From Camelus dromedarius (lineage: Eukaryota), in the NCBI RefSeq assembly GCF_036321535.1, contig NC_087438.1:2356001-2420000 (forward strand): a DNA stretch of 64,000 nucleotides, written 5' to 3'. Below, in pieces: positions 1 to 11,205 of this stretch. Each line of letters opens with the position of its first letter. Position 1 is the first letter of the stretch. The notes below the pieces were generated by a model. That model was not told the DNA's origin. It searched no databases and saw only the letters and a program-made list of their open reading frames with translations. The position numbers and the translations under genes are program-made.

Positions 1-744
1 CAATTGACTTTTTTTTTGGAATGTATCATGCAATGTTATGGTTTGAAATTTTAAAAAATAAGTGAAAGGGCACTTGGGGAAAAAAATAAAATCCCCCTTT
101 GACTCTCGCAGGCTGGACATCATTCCTTGTCCAACAAGCGATGTTACGTGGTTTCGTGCGTCATCTGAGGAATTTGTTTTTAACGTACAATCCTGTTCAA
201 ATGCTTTTGCACACGTGGTGATGCACTGCTGGTGCAGACCAAGCACGGTTCTGCACCTCTGTGTTCTCGCTTTTTTTAAGTTCCTATGTAACTGTGTGCC
301 CTCATGTCGATATAGGGACCATATATTCATAAATGTAAACTGTACAGTTTAAATACTCTCGTCTCGAGTAATAATGTTGATGCTCACCATCCCAGGATCA
401 TCTCGGTTATTCTCAGTAGATTCCTAAACATGACTTGATGTGGGTTTGGGACTTAAGAACAGGCCCCCCTGGAAACTGGGAAACCAGTGATTATCAGAGA
501 AGTCTGAACACTTCTCCCACCCATGCTTGTCCAAATAGTCGCTTGTTTGGTGTGATTCTGGACCTTCATGCGAGGAGGACAAACGGAATCTGGACAAGGT
601 TGCCCCGAGCCACAGCCCGCAGCTCCGCGGCAGCTCCCTGGGGACAGTGGAGGGGGAGACACAGTGCCCTCCCAGCCCCACCTGCAAATGCGTTTCTCCT
701 GTCCGTTGCTCCCTGTCTTAAATATGCTGTTTGTCTCACTTTCT

Positions 745-796
745 TTTTTCTTTTTTTTAATTGAAGTATGGTCGGTTATACTGCGTCAATTTCTGG
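745..796 (-). mobile_element. Extremely 5'-truncated L1 3' terminus plus poly(A), with 13-bp TSD
   Basis: Poly-T followed by AATTGAAGTATGGTCGGTT, the same antisense L1 3' end seen at 41281 and 37858. TGTCTCACTTTCT is duplicated at 732-744 and 797-809. Confidence 0.85.
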
Positions 797-1084
797 TGTC
801 TCACTTTCTGAATTGCTGGTTTAATTTGGTTCATTTGTCAGGTCTAACCCAGTGAAGGTTCCCAGTTTCCCCTACAGAGAAAGCCGGTCCCTGGGGTGGG
901 CTGCTGGGGCTTGCCCTTCCTCTCCATCTCTCCTTTTACCATCTCAGTCCTGTCCTCCCCCCGGGGTCATTCTGCTCTGCTCTGCTCTGCCCCTTAGGGT
1001 TTCAGACACACCCAGCCTCTCCACCTGCTCTGTTGGTGCTGGCTGCCCCACCCCCACCTCTCTGCAGGGCTCATCCCCGCCCCC

Positions 1085-1345
1085 TCATCCTTCCTCAAAC
1101 ACCACCTTCTCCAGGAAGTCTGCCCAGACCACCCTCCTCCCACCAGCTTGTCCTGACAGTCTCGGCTTCTCTTGTATTTTTGCACTGCACACAGAGATGA
1201 TTTGCTCATCTGTATGTTTATTTTTTGCGGCGTGACCTCTCCCACCCAGAATGCACCCCCCCTGGAGAGAGGGATCGGGGAGCCTTGCTAATCCTGTTCC
1301 CTGATGGACCCCAAGTACCTTAAGACAAACGTCTTTGCTAAATGA
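1085..1345 (+). mobile_element. L2 LINE 3' fragment
   Basis: Diverged match to recalled L2 3' consensus (CACCTTCTCCAGGAAG...CTCCCACCAGAATG...TTTGCTAAATGA). Confidence 0.6.
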
Positions 1346-2519
1346 CCGTGCACATGGGAGGGTGTCTGGGCAAGAGGACAGTGGCCAGGGCACCCCTGAC
1401 AGAGGCCGGAGCTGGCGGGGCCCCCCTGCCTGCACAGCCCCCCTTCCCCAGGTGAGCGATGACGGGGTACCCCGGGCCATTTGCTCCCCTTCTGCCAGGT
1501 CTCCTCTCAACCTCACTGTTGTAAATTATAAAACAAACTCTTAGCGGGAGAGACCATAAAACCAGGACTGTTGTCTTCAGACAGGAAGGAGGTTCTGGAG
1601 CGGAGGAGGGAAGCCGTGTGACTGAGAACAGGGCTTCCTTCCACTGTGTGCGGAACCTCACCTGCTTGAAGGTGGCGTCTGCACATGTCACTCCTGAGCT
1701 GTTAGAAGTTTCCTCTTTGTTAAATTATTTAGAGCTTCGGGGGACTGCCAATCAGGACGGGATGAAAGCTGGATATTCCTTTCTTGGTCCTGCTGATCTG
1801 CTGCTAACATATTTTCAATAATAAAATATCTTCTGGAAGCACAGTTTCAATAGAAAAAAATTAGTATTTGATCAGATTAATTCCGTTGTGTGTGGCTCAC
1901 CCCAGATCGAGCAAGAGTTAGTTAGACTTTCGTCCTGGTCACTGTGAAAGAAAATTCTCCCAGAGTGGACTCAAGGCTCACATGCGTCTTCTTTCTCTGC
2001 TGTTTCCTTGTTTGTCTCTCGCCCGTTTAAGGTGAAATGCACTTCCTAGTACATCAATGACTGTATAATTAATTTGAGGTTAGAATTATTAGAAAAATCA
2101 TTAGGAAACTTTAAACAGCTTGTAACAATCTTGGGAAAGCATTTACGGGTAAATCTTGTCTTAGCGTCATCTTGTCTTTTGAACCTGTGACTTCAGGACG
2201 AGGAAATAAGCCCAACCGAACACCACTGACAGCGCCACAGGGAGCTGAGGGCACACGCCCCGTCGGCCGTGACGAGCTGCTTTTTCTGAGGCTGACGGTG
2301 CGGCCCTGTGTGTAGTGCTTTCCTAACCAGAATTTCTCAGTGTCCGGGATTCCTGTGGTGCTAGAATCTGGTGGCTTATTCTACATTCCCAGCTCGTTCT
2401 GAGCAGAGACTCTGCTGGTTGCTCAGCCACCTTCCACGAGAGCTCCGTCTGAGGAAGGATGCCAGGAGTTACCATGTGCTGAAGGCTAATGATGGCCTTG
2501 GCCTGGGCTAAGCTCTTTC

Positions 2520-2640
2520 CATAGAGCATCTCACTTCATTCTCACAACAGTAAAAGAACTTGGGTGTTATTACCAAGGGTTTAGAGACGGGAAACAAAGT
2601 CTCAAATAGACCAACGCAGACCCAGGACCCACCATTACTC
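2520..2640 (-). mobile_element. MIR SINE fragment
   Basis: TCATTCTCACAACAG...TTTAGAGACGGGAAAC resembles the antisense MIR core. Confidence 0.5.
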
Positions 2641-2774
2641 AACAGACGAGACCTAAAATTAGAGATGTCTGATGCAAAAAGGCTTCATTCTAAATGCCAC
2701 GCGCTTGGCCGAGAAGCCCAGAGGTGGCGGGGCTGATGGGGACAGGGCGTTGGTTAACTACACGCCCGCTACAG

Positions 2775-2870
2775 AGGACGCTGCAAGGGAAGCTGGGAGG
2801 AGATGATTATAATAACTTCCATTTTTGGATGAGAAGGCAGAGACTCAGAGACTCTGAGGGATGTCCTCCG
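2775..2870 (-). mobile_element. MIR SINE fragment
   Basis: CCATTTTTGGATGAGAAGGCAGAGACTCAGAGA resembles the antisense MIR core CCCATTTTACAGATGAGGAAACTGAGGCTCAGAGA. Confidence 0.6.
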
Positions 2871-2997
2871 GCTCAGGCAGCCAGTGTGCCACCCGGCGGG
2901 ACCCGAGCCCAGAGCTGCTCTGCGTCCCCTTCTGCGGGCGTTCCACGTCCTCCCCGAGACCCCGGCCCCACACTGAGGTTCTAACTCTTGAGTGTGA

Positions 2998-3238
2998 TGA
3001 GGGCAGAGCTCACTGGTAGGGCGCATGTTTGGTGCGCACGAGGTCCTGGGTTCAGTCCCCAGTGCCTCTGTTAAATGGAAAGAATTAAAATTTAGGGGGA
3101 GGGTATATCTTAAGTGGTATAGGGCAGGCTTAGTGTGTGTGAGGTCCTGGGTTCAGTCCCGAGCGCTTACTCTAAGAATAAATCAAACAAGCCTAAACCT
3201 TATTGCCCACCCCCACAAAAACAAACAAGCAAAAACAG
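2998..3238 (+). mobile_element. Dimeric tRNA-Ala-derived SINE (vic-1-like), two heads in tandem
   Basis: Two GAGGTCCTGGGTTCAGTCCC heads (about 2998-3070 and 3095-3170) and an A-rich tail. A 17-bp TSD with 2 mismatches lies at 2981-2997 and 3239-3255. Confidence 0.85.
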
Positions 3239-4344
3239 CTAACTCATGAATGTGACGCCTTTGTCTCTAAACCACAAAATGCGCTCAGTACCTCCCATGT
3301 GCTGGGGAGGCAGGGAAGGAGTTACAGAGCTGATAAGCACATCCATCTCCTTGAGGGGGACCACGCCCTGGGGACCCCTTTCCTCACTGTGCTTTGATGT
3401 TAGGTTCCCAAGCGGCAGAACAGACTCACCACCACACATCAGATGCCCCACTCAGGGGCCCGGCAGGCGGCCGAGCGCTGGGCGGTCCCTTCGGAGGAGC
3501 CGCTGCCCGAGGGCTGCAGGCCCAGCCTCCGTCCACCCTCCGCGCAGTGGCCCCCGAAGGTCCTCCAGCCAGGAGGTGTGAGAGCTGAGTGCCGGGCAGC
3601 GGAGACCAGCTCACTGGTGGATCTGAGGCATCGTCCCTCTGAGCTCTCTCTCCTCTGAATTGGGAAGTCAATAAATATATTTATGTTTCAGGAGCCCCAG
3701 ACCGTGGCTGTCAGGCTGTCAGAGGCAGGCAGCCGTTGTGTGGAACCTGTGCGTTTCTCTGAGCCTCGGATGCTTTCCTTGGGTTTTCAGTGTCTACCGG
3801 CTCCACCTGACTGGGAGAGAAGGGGACGCCGCGCTCCATGCGGAAGCAGCTCGGCGTCCCGGTGCGGTTTGGCAGGAGACCGCTCGCGTCTGTCTTTCTC
3901 TCTGCAGCACCTGCCTCCAGGGATGTTTCTTGTCTGGTGGGGAAGCAACTCCTTTCCGCTGTCCTGACCCCCTTCCCTCCCCTGCCCTTGATACATCCCT
4001 TCCTGACTTCCTCTCAGCCTCAGAGCCACAGCAGCGGCTGCAGTCGAGGCAGAGGAGATGGGAACCCACTGAGTCCTTCTCCCTGTGATGTCTGCAGCCT
4101 CTCAGAGCCTCTCCTCCCGACTCAGAGATGACACATCACTACCTAATCCTAGATCACTGTCTGCTTCACACTCGATTCCCCCACCAAGCCAGTGACCGAC
4201 CGTCTCCCAGAGTCTGCCTGTGGGCCTGTCCGAGTGTCCAGCTGGGCTGCGGGGCCCCAGACAGCCTGGGAGCAGCGGCCCCTGACATCTTCTCCAAGTG
4301 CCCATCGCAGGGCCGCCCTCAGCCTGGCCATTGCCCTTCCAAGT

Positions 4345-4737
4345 CCACTCACATTAGCACGGGCTGCCGTGGGGTGGCTGAAACAATAGGAATTTATTTC
4401 TCACACTTCTGGAGGCTGGACATCCAAGGTCAAGGTTCCAGCCAATCCGGGTTCTGGCGGGAGTGCTCCTCCTGGCCGGTCTTCTCTCTGTTGCTCAACT
4501 ACCTCTCCTCCGTGCATGTGCTTAGAGTGAGAGAGACAGACAGACAGACAGACAGAGAGCGAGAGTCCTCTGGTGTGTCCTCTTGTAAAGACGCTGACCG
4601 TGCTGAGACCCTGCCCTTATGACCTCATTTAACCTTAATTACATCCTCAGAGGCCTCATCTCCAAGTACAGTCCTGCTGCTGGGGGTTCAGACTTCAGCA
4701 TATGAATTCCACAGGGGCCACAATCCAGCCCGCAACC
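4345..4737 (-). mobile_element. MaLR LTR (MLT1 family)
   Basis: GGGTGGCTGAAACAATAGGAATTTATTTCTCACACTTCTGGAGGCTGG...TGACCTCATTTAACCTTAATTAC matches the recalled MLT1 antisense consensus. Contains a (GACA)n tract. Confidence 0.85.
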
Positions 4738-5289
4738 AGGCCCAGGACTGTGGGGGTAAGACCGAAGGGCTTGGGAGGGGTCCAGACAGATCTGGCCGGG
4801 AGCTGTCTTGGCAGAGTTATGGACTCACTCCGAGTGGGGAGAAGATTGGAAGCAGTGATGCCTGTGTGACACTGACAGGGGTACAAGCGCAAACAGCCCC
4901 CGTGAGGAGGGCTTTTCCTCCAGCAGAGGAGTGACACCTGTCACCTGGGTGCTGATCACAGGAGCTGAATGGGTGGGCAGGACACTTCTGGGGGTCAGAC
5001 AAAATCTATGAGCTATAGACCTAAAATCCTGACCCATGAACCACACATACCTCCTTCCTGTCCTTCCAAATGGGCCTGGAGTCTAGCAGGTCCAAAGGCA
5101 TCCTTCTACAAATTTAACTTGAGAAGAAAATTCAACAGGTGTGTAAGGGTGCACGTGCAAGCAGGACTTTGAGTGAAGAGCTGAGTTCTTTACAGGGTTA
5201 TGAGAGCTACATTCTGGCTAAAGCATCATGCATGGAGGTGAAGTTCACAGGGGCAGTCATTTTGCCATCCAGTCCATCAGTGCCCCCTA

Positions 5290-5369
5290 CGCACCACTGC
5301 CCAGTGCTCGAACAGCCATTCACCCATTCCGGGCACTCAAAAATGTTTGTCCAATGAATGAATGAATGT
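5290..5369 (+). mobile_element. L2 3' tail
   Basis: GGGCACTCAAAAATGTTTGTCCAATGAATGAATGAATG is the typical L2 terminus. Confidence 0.6.
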
Positions 5370-5436
5370 ATCATATAACACGTGCTTGCATTATTTCATA
5401 ATATACTATGATAAACAAAATCAGAACCAAATCTCT

Positions 5437-7837
5437 TTCATTAAATTGAAGTTTAGTTGATTCACATTATTATATTAGTTTCAAGTGTACAACATAGTGA
5501 TTCACTAGTTTTATAGATTGTACTCCATCTAAAGTCATTGCAAAGCAATGGCTACCTTTCCCGTTGCTGTTCCATTTATCCTTGATGATTACTGATTTCA
5601 TCTCTTACTCTCATACCGCTAACTGGTCCCTCCCTTTCTCTGCTGGTAACCACTAATGTGTTCTCTATATGAGTATGTTTTCATTTTGTTATATTTATTC
5701 TTTCTATTTTTTTTAGATTTCACTTATAAGTGATAACATGGAGTGTTTGCCTTCCCCTGTCTGACCTATTTCAATAAGCATAGTACCCTCCAGGTCCATT
5801 CATGTTGTTGCAAATGGCAACATTTCACTAGTTTTAAACATAAATATTGTGTATTTCATTATATACATATCCATATATCTATCACATCTTCTTTATCCAT
5901 CCATCTGTTGACGGACACTTAGATTCTCCCATATCTTGGCTTCTAGGATGTTTCTACGAACATTGGAATGCGTCTATCTTTNNNNNNNNNNNNNNNNNNN
6001 NNNNNNNNNNNNNNNNNNNNNNNNNNNNNNNNNNNNNNNNNNNNNNNNNNNNNNNNNNNNNNNNNNNNNNNNNNNNNNNNNNNNNNNNNNNNNNNNNNNN
6101 NNNNNNNNNNNNNNNNNNNNNNNNNNNNNNNNNNNNNNNNNNNNNNNNNNNNNNNNNNNNNNNNNNNNNNNNNNNNNNNNNNNATGATAGNNNNNNNNNN
6201 NNNNNNNNNNNNNNNNNNNNNNNNNNNNNNNNNNNNNNNNNNNNNNNNNNNNNNNNNNNNNNNNNNNNNNNNNNNNNNNNNNNNNNNNNNNNNNNNNNNN
6301 NNNNNNNNNNNNNNNNNNNNNNNNNNNNNNNNAAATTTTTAATTGGGTTGTTCAGGATTTTTTTTTTTTTGATGTTAAGTTGTATGAGCTTTTCATAAAT
6401 TTTAGGTATTAACCCCTTATCAGTCATATCAGCTGCAAATATTTCTTTCTATTCAATAGCTTTTCTTCTTGTTTTGTTGATGGTTTCCTTGGTTGTGCAA
6501 AAGCTTTTAAGTTTAATTAGATTCCATTTGTTTATTTTTGCTTTTCTTTTCTTTGCCTTAGAAAACAGATACAAAAAAAAATGTTGCTATGAGTTTTGTC
6601 AAAGAGTGTTGTGCCTATGTTTTCTTCTAGGAGTTTTATAGTTTTCAGTCTTACATTTAGGTCTTTAATATATTTTGAATTTGTTTTTGCATATGGTGTT
6701 AGAGAATATTCTAATTTTAATCTTTTTACAGGTAGCTGTCCAGTTTTCCCAGCATCACTTACTACAGAGACTGTCTTCTCCATTGTATATTCTGGCCTCT
6801 ATGTTGCAGAGTAATTGACCATAAGTGCATAGACTTTTCCTGAGCTCTTCATTCTGTTCCATTGATCTACATGTCTGTTTTCTTGCCAGTATCATACTTC
6901 TTTTCATGAGCAAAAGGAAAATTTTATTTAAAAAATTATTAATTAAAAAAATTGAAGTACATACTGTTTTGATTATTGTAGCTTTGTAGTGTAGTCTGAA
7001 GTCAGGGATCATGGTACTTCCAGAGCTGTTTTTTCTTCTCAAGGTTTTTGGCTATTTGTGGTCTTTTGTGCTTCCATACACATTTTAAAATTATTTAATC
7101 TAGTTCTGTGAAAAATGCCATTGGTATTTTGATAGGGACTGCACTGAATCTGTAGGTGGCCTTGGATAGTATGGTTATTTAAGCAATTTCCAATCCATGA
7201 AAATTGTATATCTTTCCATCTGTTTATATGATCTTGAATTTTTTTCATCAGTGTCTTATAGTTTTCCATGTACAGGTCTTTAAACTCCTTAAGTAGGTTT
7301 ATTCCTAGGTATTTTATTATTTTTGATGCAATGGTAAATGGGATTGTTTCCTTGATTTCTCATTCTGATACTTAATTGTTAGTGTATAGAAATGCAATAG
7401 ATTTCTGTGTGTTAATTTTTTATCCTGCGACTTTACCAAACTCACTGATGAGCTCTAGGAGGTTCTTGATTGTGTCCTCAGGATTTTTTATGTATAGCAT
7501 CATGTCATCAGCAAACAGTGACAGTTTTACTTCTTCTTTTCCAATTTGGTTATCTTTTCCCTTTCTTTTCGCTGTGACTAGAACTTATAAAATGTTGAAT
7601 AAAAGTGATAAGAAGGGACATCTTTGTCTTATCCTGATGTTAGAGGAAATGCTTTCAGCTTTTCACCATTAATTATGATGTTAGCCATGGGCTTGTCATA
7701 TATGGCCTTTATTATGTTGAGGTATGTTCTCTCTATACCCACTTTCTGGAGAGTTTTATCATAAATGGATGTTGAATTTTGTCAAAAGTTTTTCTGCATC
7801 TATTGAAATAATCATATAGTTTTTATTCTTCAACTTG
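5437..7837 (-). mobile_element. 5'-truncated L1 (3' UTR plus degenerate ORF2 C-terminal half), spanning an assembly gap
   Basis: Minus-strand frames give L1 ORF2 peptides [35 protein letters not shown] and ENYKTLMKKIQDHINRWKDI, with frameshifts and stops. 3' UTR at 5437-5981. Confidence 0.95.
5982..6332. other. Assembly gap: 202 N, a 7-bp island ATGATAG (6184-6190), then 142 N
   Basis: Read directly from the sequence. Confidence 1.
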
Positions 7838-8822
7838 TCTTTCCTTCTGTGTTTCTATTTTCCATTCATGGTCTTTCCATTCATTCAACCAGTCAATCTA
7901 TCTGTTCAAATATCCATGAACCATGAAGTTCTTAGTTGGCTCATTCTTAAAAATGACTCCAGGAAACAAGACCCCTGCAATCAAATGACCAATTTTATTG
8001 ATGGCACAAATATTTTCAATGGGACAAATATTCAAGATTCCCACTGAATTTACATTTCCTCATGGGATGGAATTGCATGGAAGATCGTTCACAGTAAGTT
8101 TTTTCACTCTATCAGTCCCTGACTACTTACCTCTGTTGGATACATTTTCCTCTGTTTCTGTGATCTAGATCTACAAGTCATTAGGGGCACAAATGGAAAT
8201 TAAACTCCCAAACTGCCGAACATTAAAAACAAATTTGTATTTTTTCATGGAGTTAGTTGATTGCTTTAAATCTGAAATTCTTTACTCTATGCTCTTCTTT
8301 GTGAAAAATGGTATTTTAGGAATATGAGGAGAACTAATTAATTCACAGATAAGGTTTTTATCTGACTCCTCTAGGGCGGTACTGTGGGGGTTCTTCTCTT
8401 TTATTTTTATTAGAGAGGCATTTGGACACAACTTTTTCAGCGTTAGCAGCAGAATGACCAGTGCATGTCAACTATGGGGTCCCAGCCCCATTTATCTGAG
8501 ACATGGGGAAGTAAGGGGCTCTGACAGACACAGAGCATCCTCTTCTCAGTTTCAGATGGGATTCCGTCTGGAGCAGCTCCTGGATCGCCTCCAGAGCAGT
8601 CGCTGCTTTGTCTCCAGATCACTTAATCCATCAGAGGGAGGCCTAGTGACGCAAAACATCTCATACTTTCAAGTGCTTCCAGATAGGAGAGCAACCCCAT
8701 CATTTCGGTTCTTTGTGGGTCTGGTGTCTTCAAGAAGATAATGTGAAATAAAAACCAGCTGAGTTTAGCATGCCAATCAAGCAATTTGTATTTAGAAAAC
8801 TTAAAAATATATTTAAACCAGC

Positions 8823-8965
8823 GGGGAGGGTCTAGCTCAAGTGGTAGAGTGCATGCTTAGCATGCACGAGGTCCTGGGTTCAATCCCCAGTACCTCCACC
8901 AAAGGGCTAAATAAATAAATAAACCTAATTACCTCTCCCTGCAAATAAATAAATAATAAATACAT
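8823..8965 (+). mobile_element. tRNA-Ala(AGC)-derived SINE (vic-1-like), well preserved
   Basis: 8826-8898 is near-identical to tRNA-Ala(AGC) as recalled but has two acceptor-stem mismatches and an A-rich tail. 14-bp TSD ATATATTTAAACCA at 8807-8820 and 8966-8979. Confidence 0.95.
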
Positions 8966-9019
8966 ATATATTTAAACCAATTCAGCTTTTACTAGCATAT
9001 GAACAGTTTTGGAAATGAG

Positions 9020-9175
9020 GAAGGAGCCAGACTCTGGCTGTATGTCCTGTCCTTACCATCCAGCTGGTGGAGGGAAGTCCCAGGACCGTCAGTTTCCTCG
9101 TATGTAAAATGGGACAGTAGATGAGAGCCTGTTGTAGGTGTTGTGAGGATGGGCAGGAACACTTACAGAAAGTTT
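9020..9175 (+). mobile_element. MIR SINE
   Basis: CAGTTTCCTCGTATGTAAAATGGG core followed by GTTGTGAGGAT. Confidence 0.8.
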
Positions 9176-11041
9176 TATAAAGTTGCCAGGCTCAGGATGA
9201 ATATCTGGAAAGTCCCCTTTGTTGTATTAGGGTACAAAAAATGTTTGGAAGGAGTCTAGCGGAGTGGAGAGTTTCATCCACTCGTGGACAGCTTAGTTAC
9301 TGAGAAGTTCATGCTGTGAGGACCTGTCCAGGGAGCACTTGTGGGGCTCCGTGGAACTTCACAACCCCTCGCTTGGAGGACCGCTGTCCCCAGGACCCCA
9401 GGATCCCTGTGTTGCCAGCTAAAGGTATTTATTTGCACCCTGCTGCCCAAGGGTGGAAAGGACACTTCTAACACCAAGGCTGAGTGCTGTGAGCATCAGT
9501 GGCCAGGGGGAAGTCAGTACCTCCACCAGGTAAAAAGTTGGTTTGGAATGACCACATCTTTTCCCTGTGGCGTCCGGGCCCCCAGAGGGGCGCAGGGCCC
9601 TGCCCCAGGCCGGGAGAGCTTGGCTGCTCCCCGGGTGGTGGGCTGATGGCTTTTTAATTGGACCCCAAGTCTGTTGACATAAAGGAAGAGTCAACAGTCA
9701 TCCAGTTTGGAGGGGGCGGAGGGCAAGGAATTATTTTGCATTTTAATGCTTCCAGGGAGCTCTTCTTAGCTTTCCCTTCTAATTTTATTTTCCTTTCCTG
9801 TTCGGGCGGCCTCGAGAAGCTTAGAAACGGTCTTAGAGTCTCTATTAACAGTGAGTTTTTTCCCTGAGTTAATTTTGGCAGGACGAGAGTTGTTTTAGTC
9901 TCACTTCGGTTGATAAATGACACGTTTTAATTTTACGTTGTGGGGAATTGATTCAAGATGACTTGTAACGTTCGGAACAATGGTGCCTACTGTGATTCTT
10001 GTTTTGACTAGTCAGAGTCATTCTTCTGTGAGATAGTGAGACCTTCGCATTTAGATTATGTTACAGGGAACTCATGTCTAATCATGGCGACCGGCGCGGG
10101 TCGCTCCCGGAGCCCTCGGACAGAATTTCGATCGCAGCGCGCCACTCACTGCCCGGGTGACGTGGGGCACATGCCCTTGGCTCTCCGGTGTCGGCTTCCT
10201 CCCCTGTAAGGTGGAGTCGGGGTCGCCAGGCAGGCCTCGGTGAGGAGCCAGTGGGCTGATGCGCGAAGCGCTCACCCGGGAGCTGGGGCCTGGCCTGTGC
10301 CCACACCCACGGCGGTGGGCGTTGCAGCCACGGGTGGTCTTTGGGTTAGGGCTTCTTTGTCTTCACGGACCGGTCTCTGTCTCTGCCTCTGTCTCTTTCT
10401 AGGACTCTCTCTTTCTCTCTTTCTCAACTGTACTGGTTCCCGTGGGTGCTCAGAGGCTGGTGGGGCTCTGCAGAGAAGCCGGGACACATCCTGAACGCAA
10501 CATATTGGTGGAGCCAGCACTGGAGCCAGGGTGCTGATTTCCCTAGGACCTTGAAGCCAGGAATCAAGCCTCAGAGTACTGAAACTGGTGGCCTCCATTC
10601 AATTGGAAGATTCTCTCATAAAAACTATTTAAAATACTTATGATTGCATTTGACAGATTCCTTTGTGTTTTAAATCCAACTTAAATTCAGTTATCTGCCT
10701 GTATGAACTCACAGCCCCCCTCACATGCAGGACCAAGGGCCAGTGTCCTGTGTTAGGCTCACCCAATGCCCAGAGCGGGCCTCATGCTGATCACGAGGAC
10801 GTCTCTGTGCCGAGTGAACCCCTCCCAGAGGCCCGGTCCACGCCTCTGCTCCAGCGGCCGCTCCTCCAGCTGCATGACCCAATTTACATGATGGTTTTTT
10901 GGGAGAAAGGGCAGAAAGGGGCAGGAGGTCGTATCTCTTCCTCCCCTGGGGCATGGAGACAGCGGGCCCCCTCCCCCTTCACTCAGCGGGAGGAGGACAG
11001 AGGGAGAGTGCGAGAGCAATTTACAATGTGGAAAATGCAAG

Positions 11042-11121
11042 ATGGTGTGTATAGCTCAGGGGTGGAGCACATGCTTAGCATGCATGAGGTCCTGGATTCA
11101 ATCCCCAGTCCCTCCACCAAA

Positions 11122-11163
<42 letters not shown>

Positions 11164-11205
11164 ATATAATATACACCCCCCCACGCACATATATATATAT
11201 ATAAT
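11042..11205 (+). mobile_element. vic-1-like SINE whose tail has become (AC)n/(TA)n microsatellite
   Basis: TATAGCTCAGGGGTGGAGCACATGCTTAGCATGCATGAGGTCCTGGATTCAATCCCCAG head, with about (AC)17 at 11124-11158. Confidence 0.9.

Noticed and set aside
5847-6427. ORFs containing long X runs
   Set aside because: Artefacts of the N gap. The real residues are L1 ORF2 remnants.
8826-8898. Apparent tRNA-Ala(AGC) gene (also similar heads at 2998, 3095, 11042, 13392, 31694, 36187)
   Set aside because: Acceptor-stem mismatches, A-rich tails and TSDs show these are SINE copies, not tRNA genes.
10345-10351. Isolated TTAGGG-type hexamers (also near 15937)
   Set aside because: Single units only. No interstitial telomeric array.
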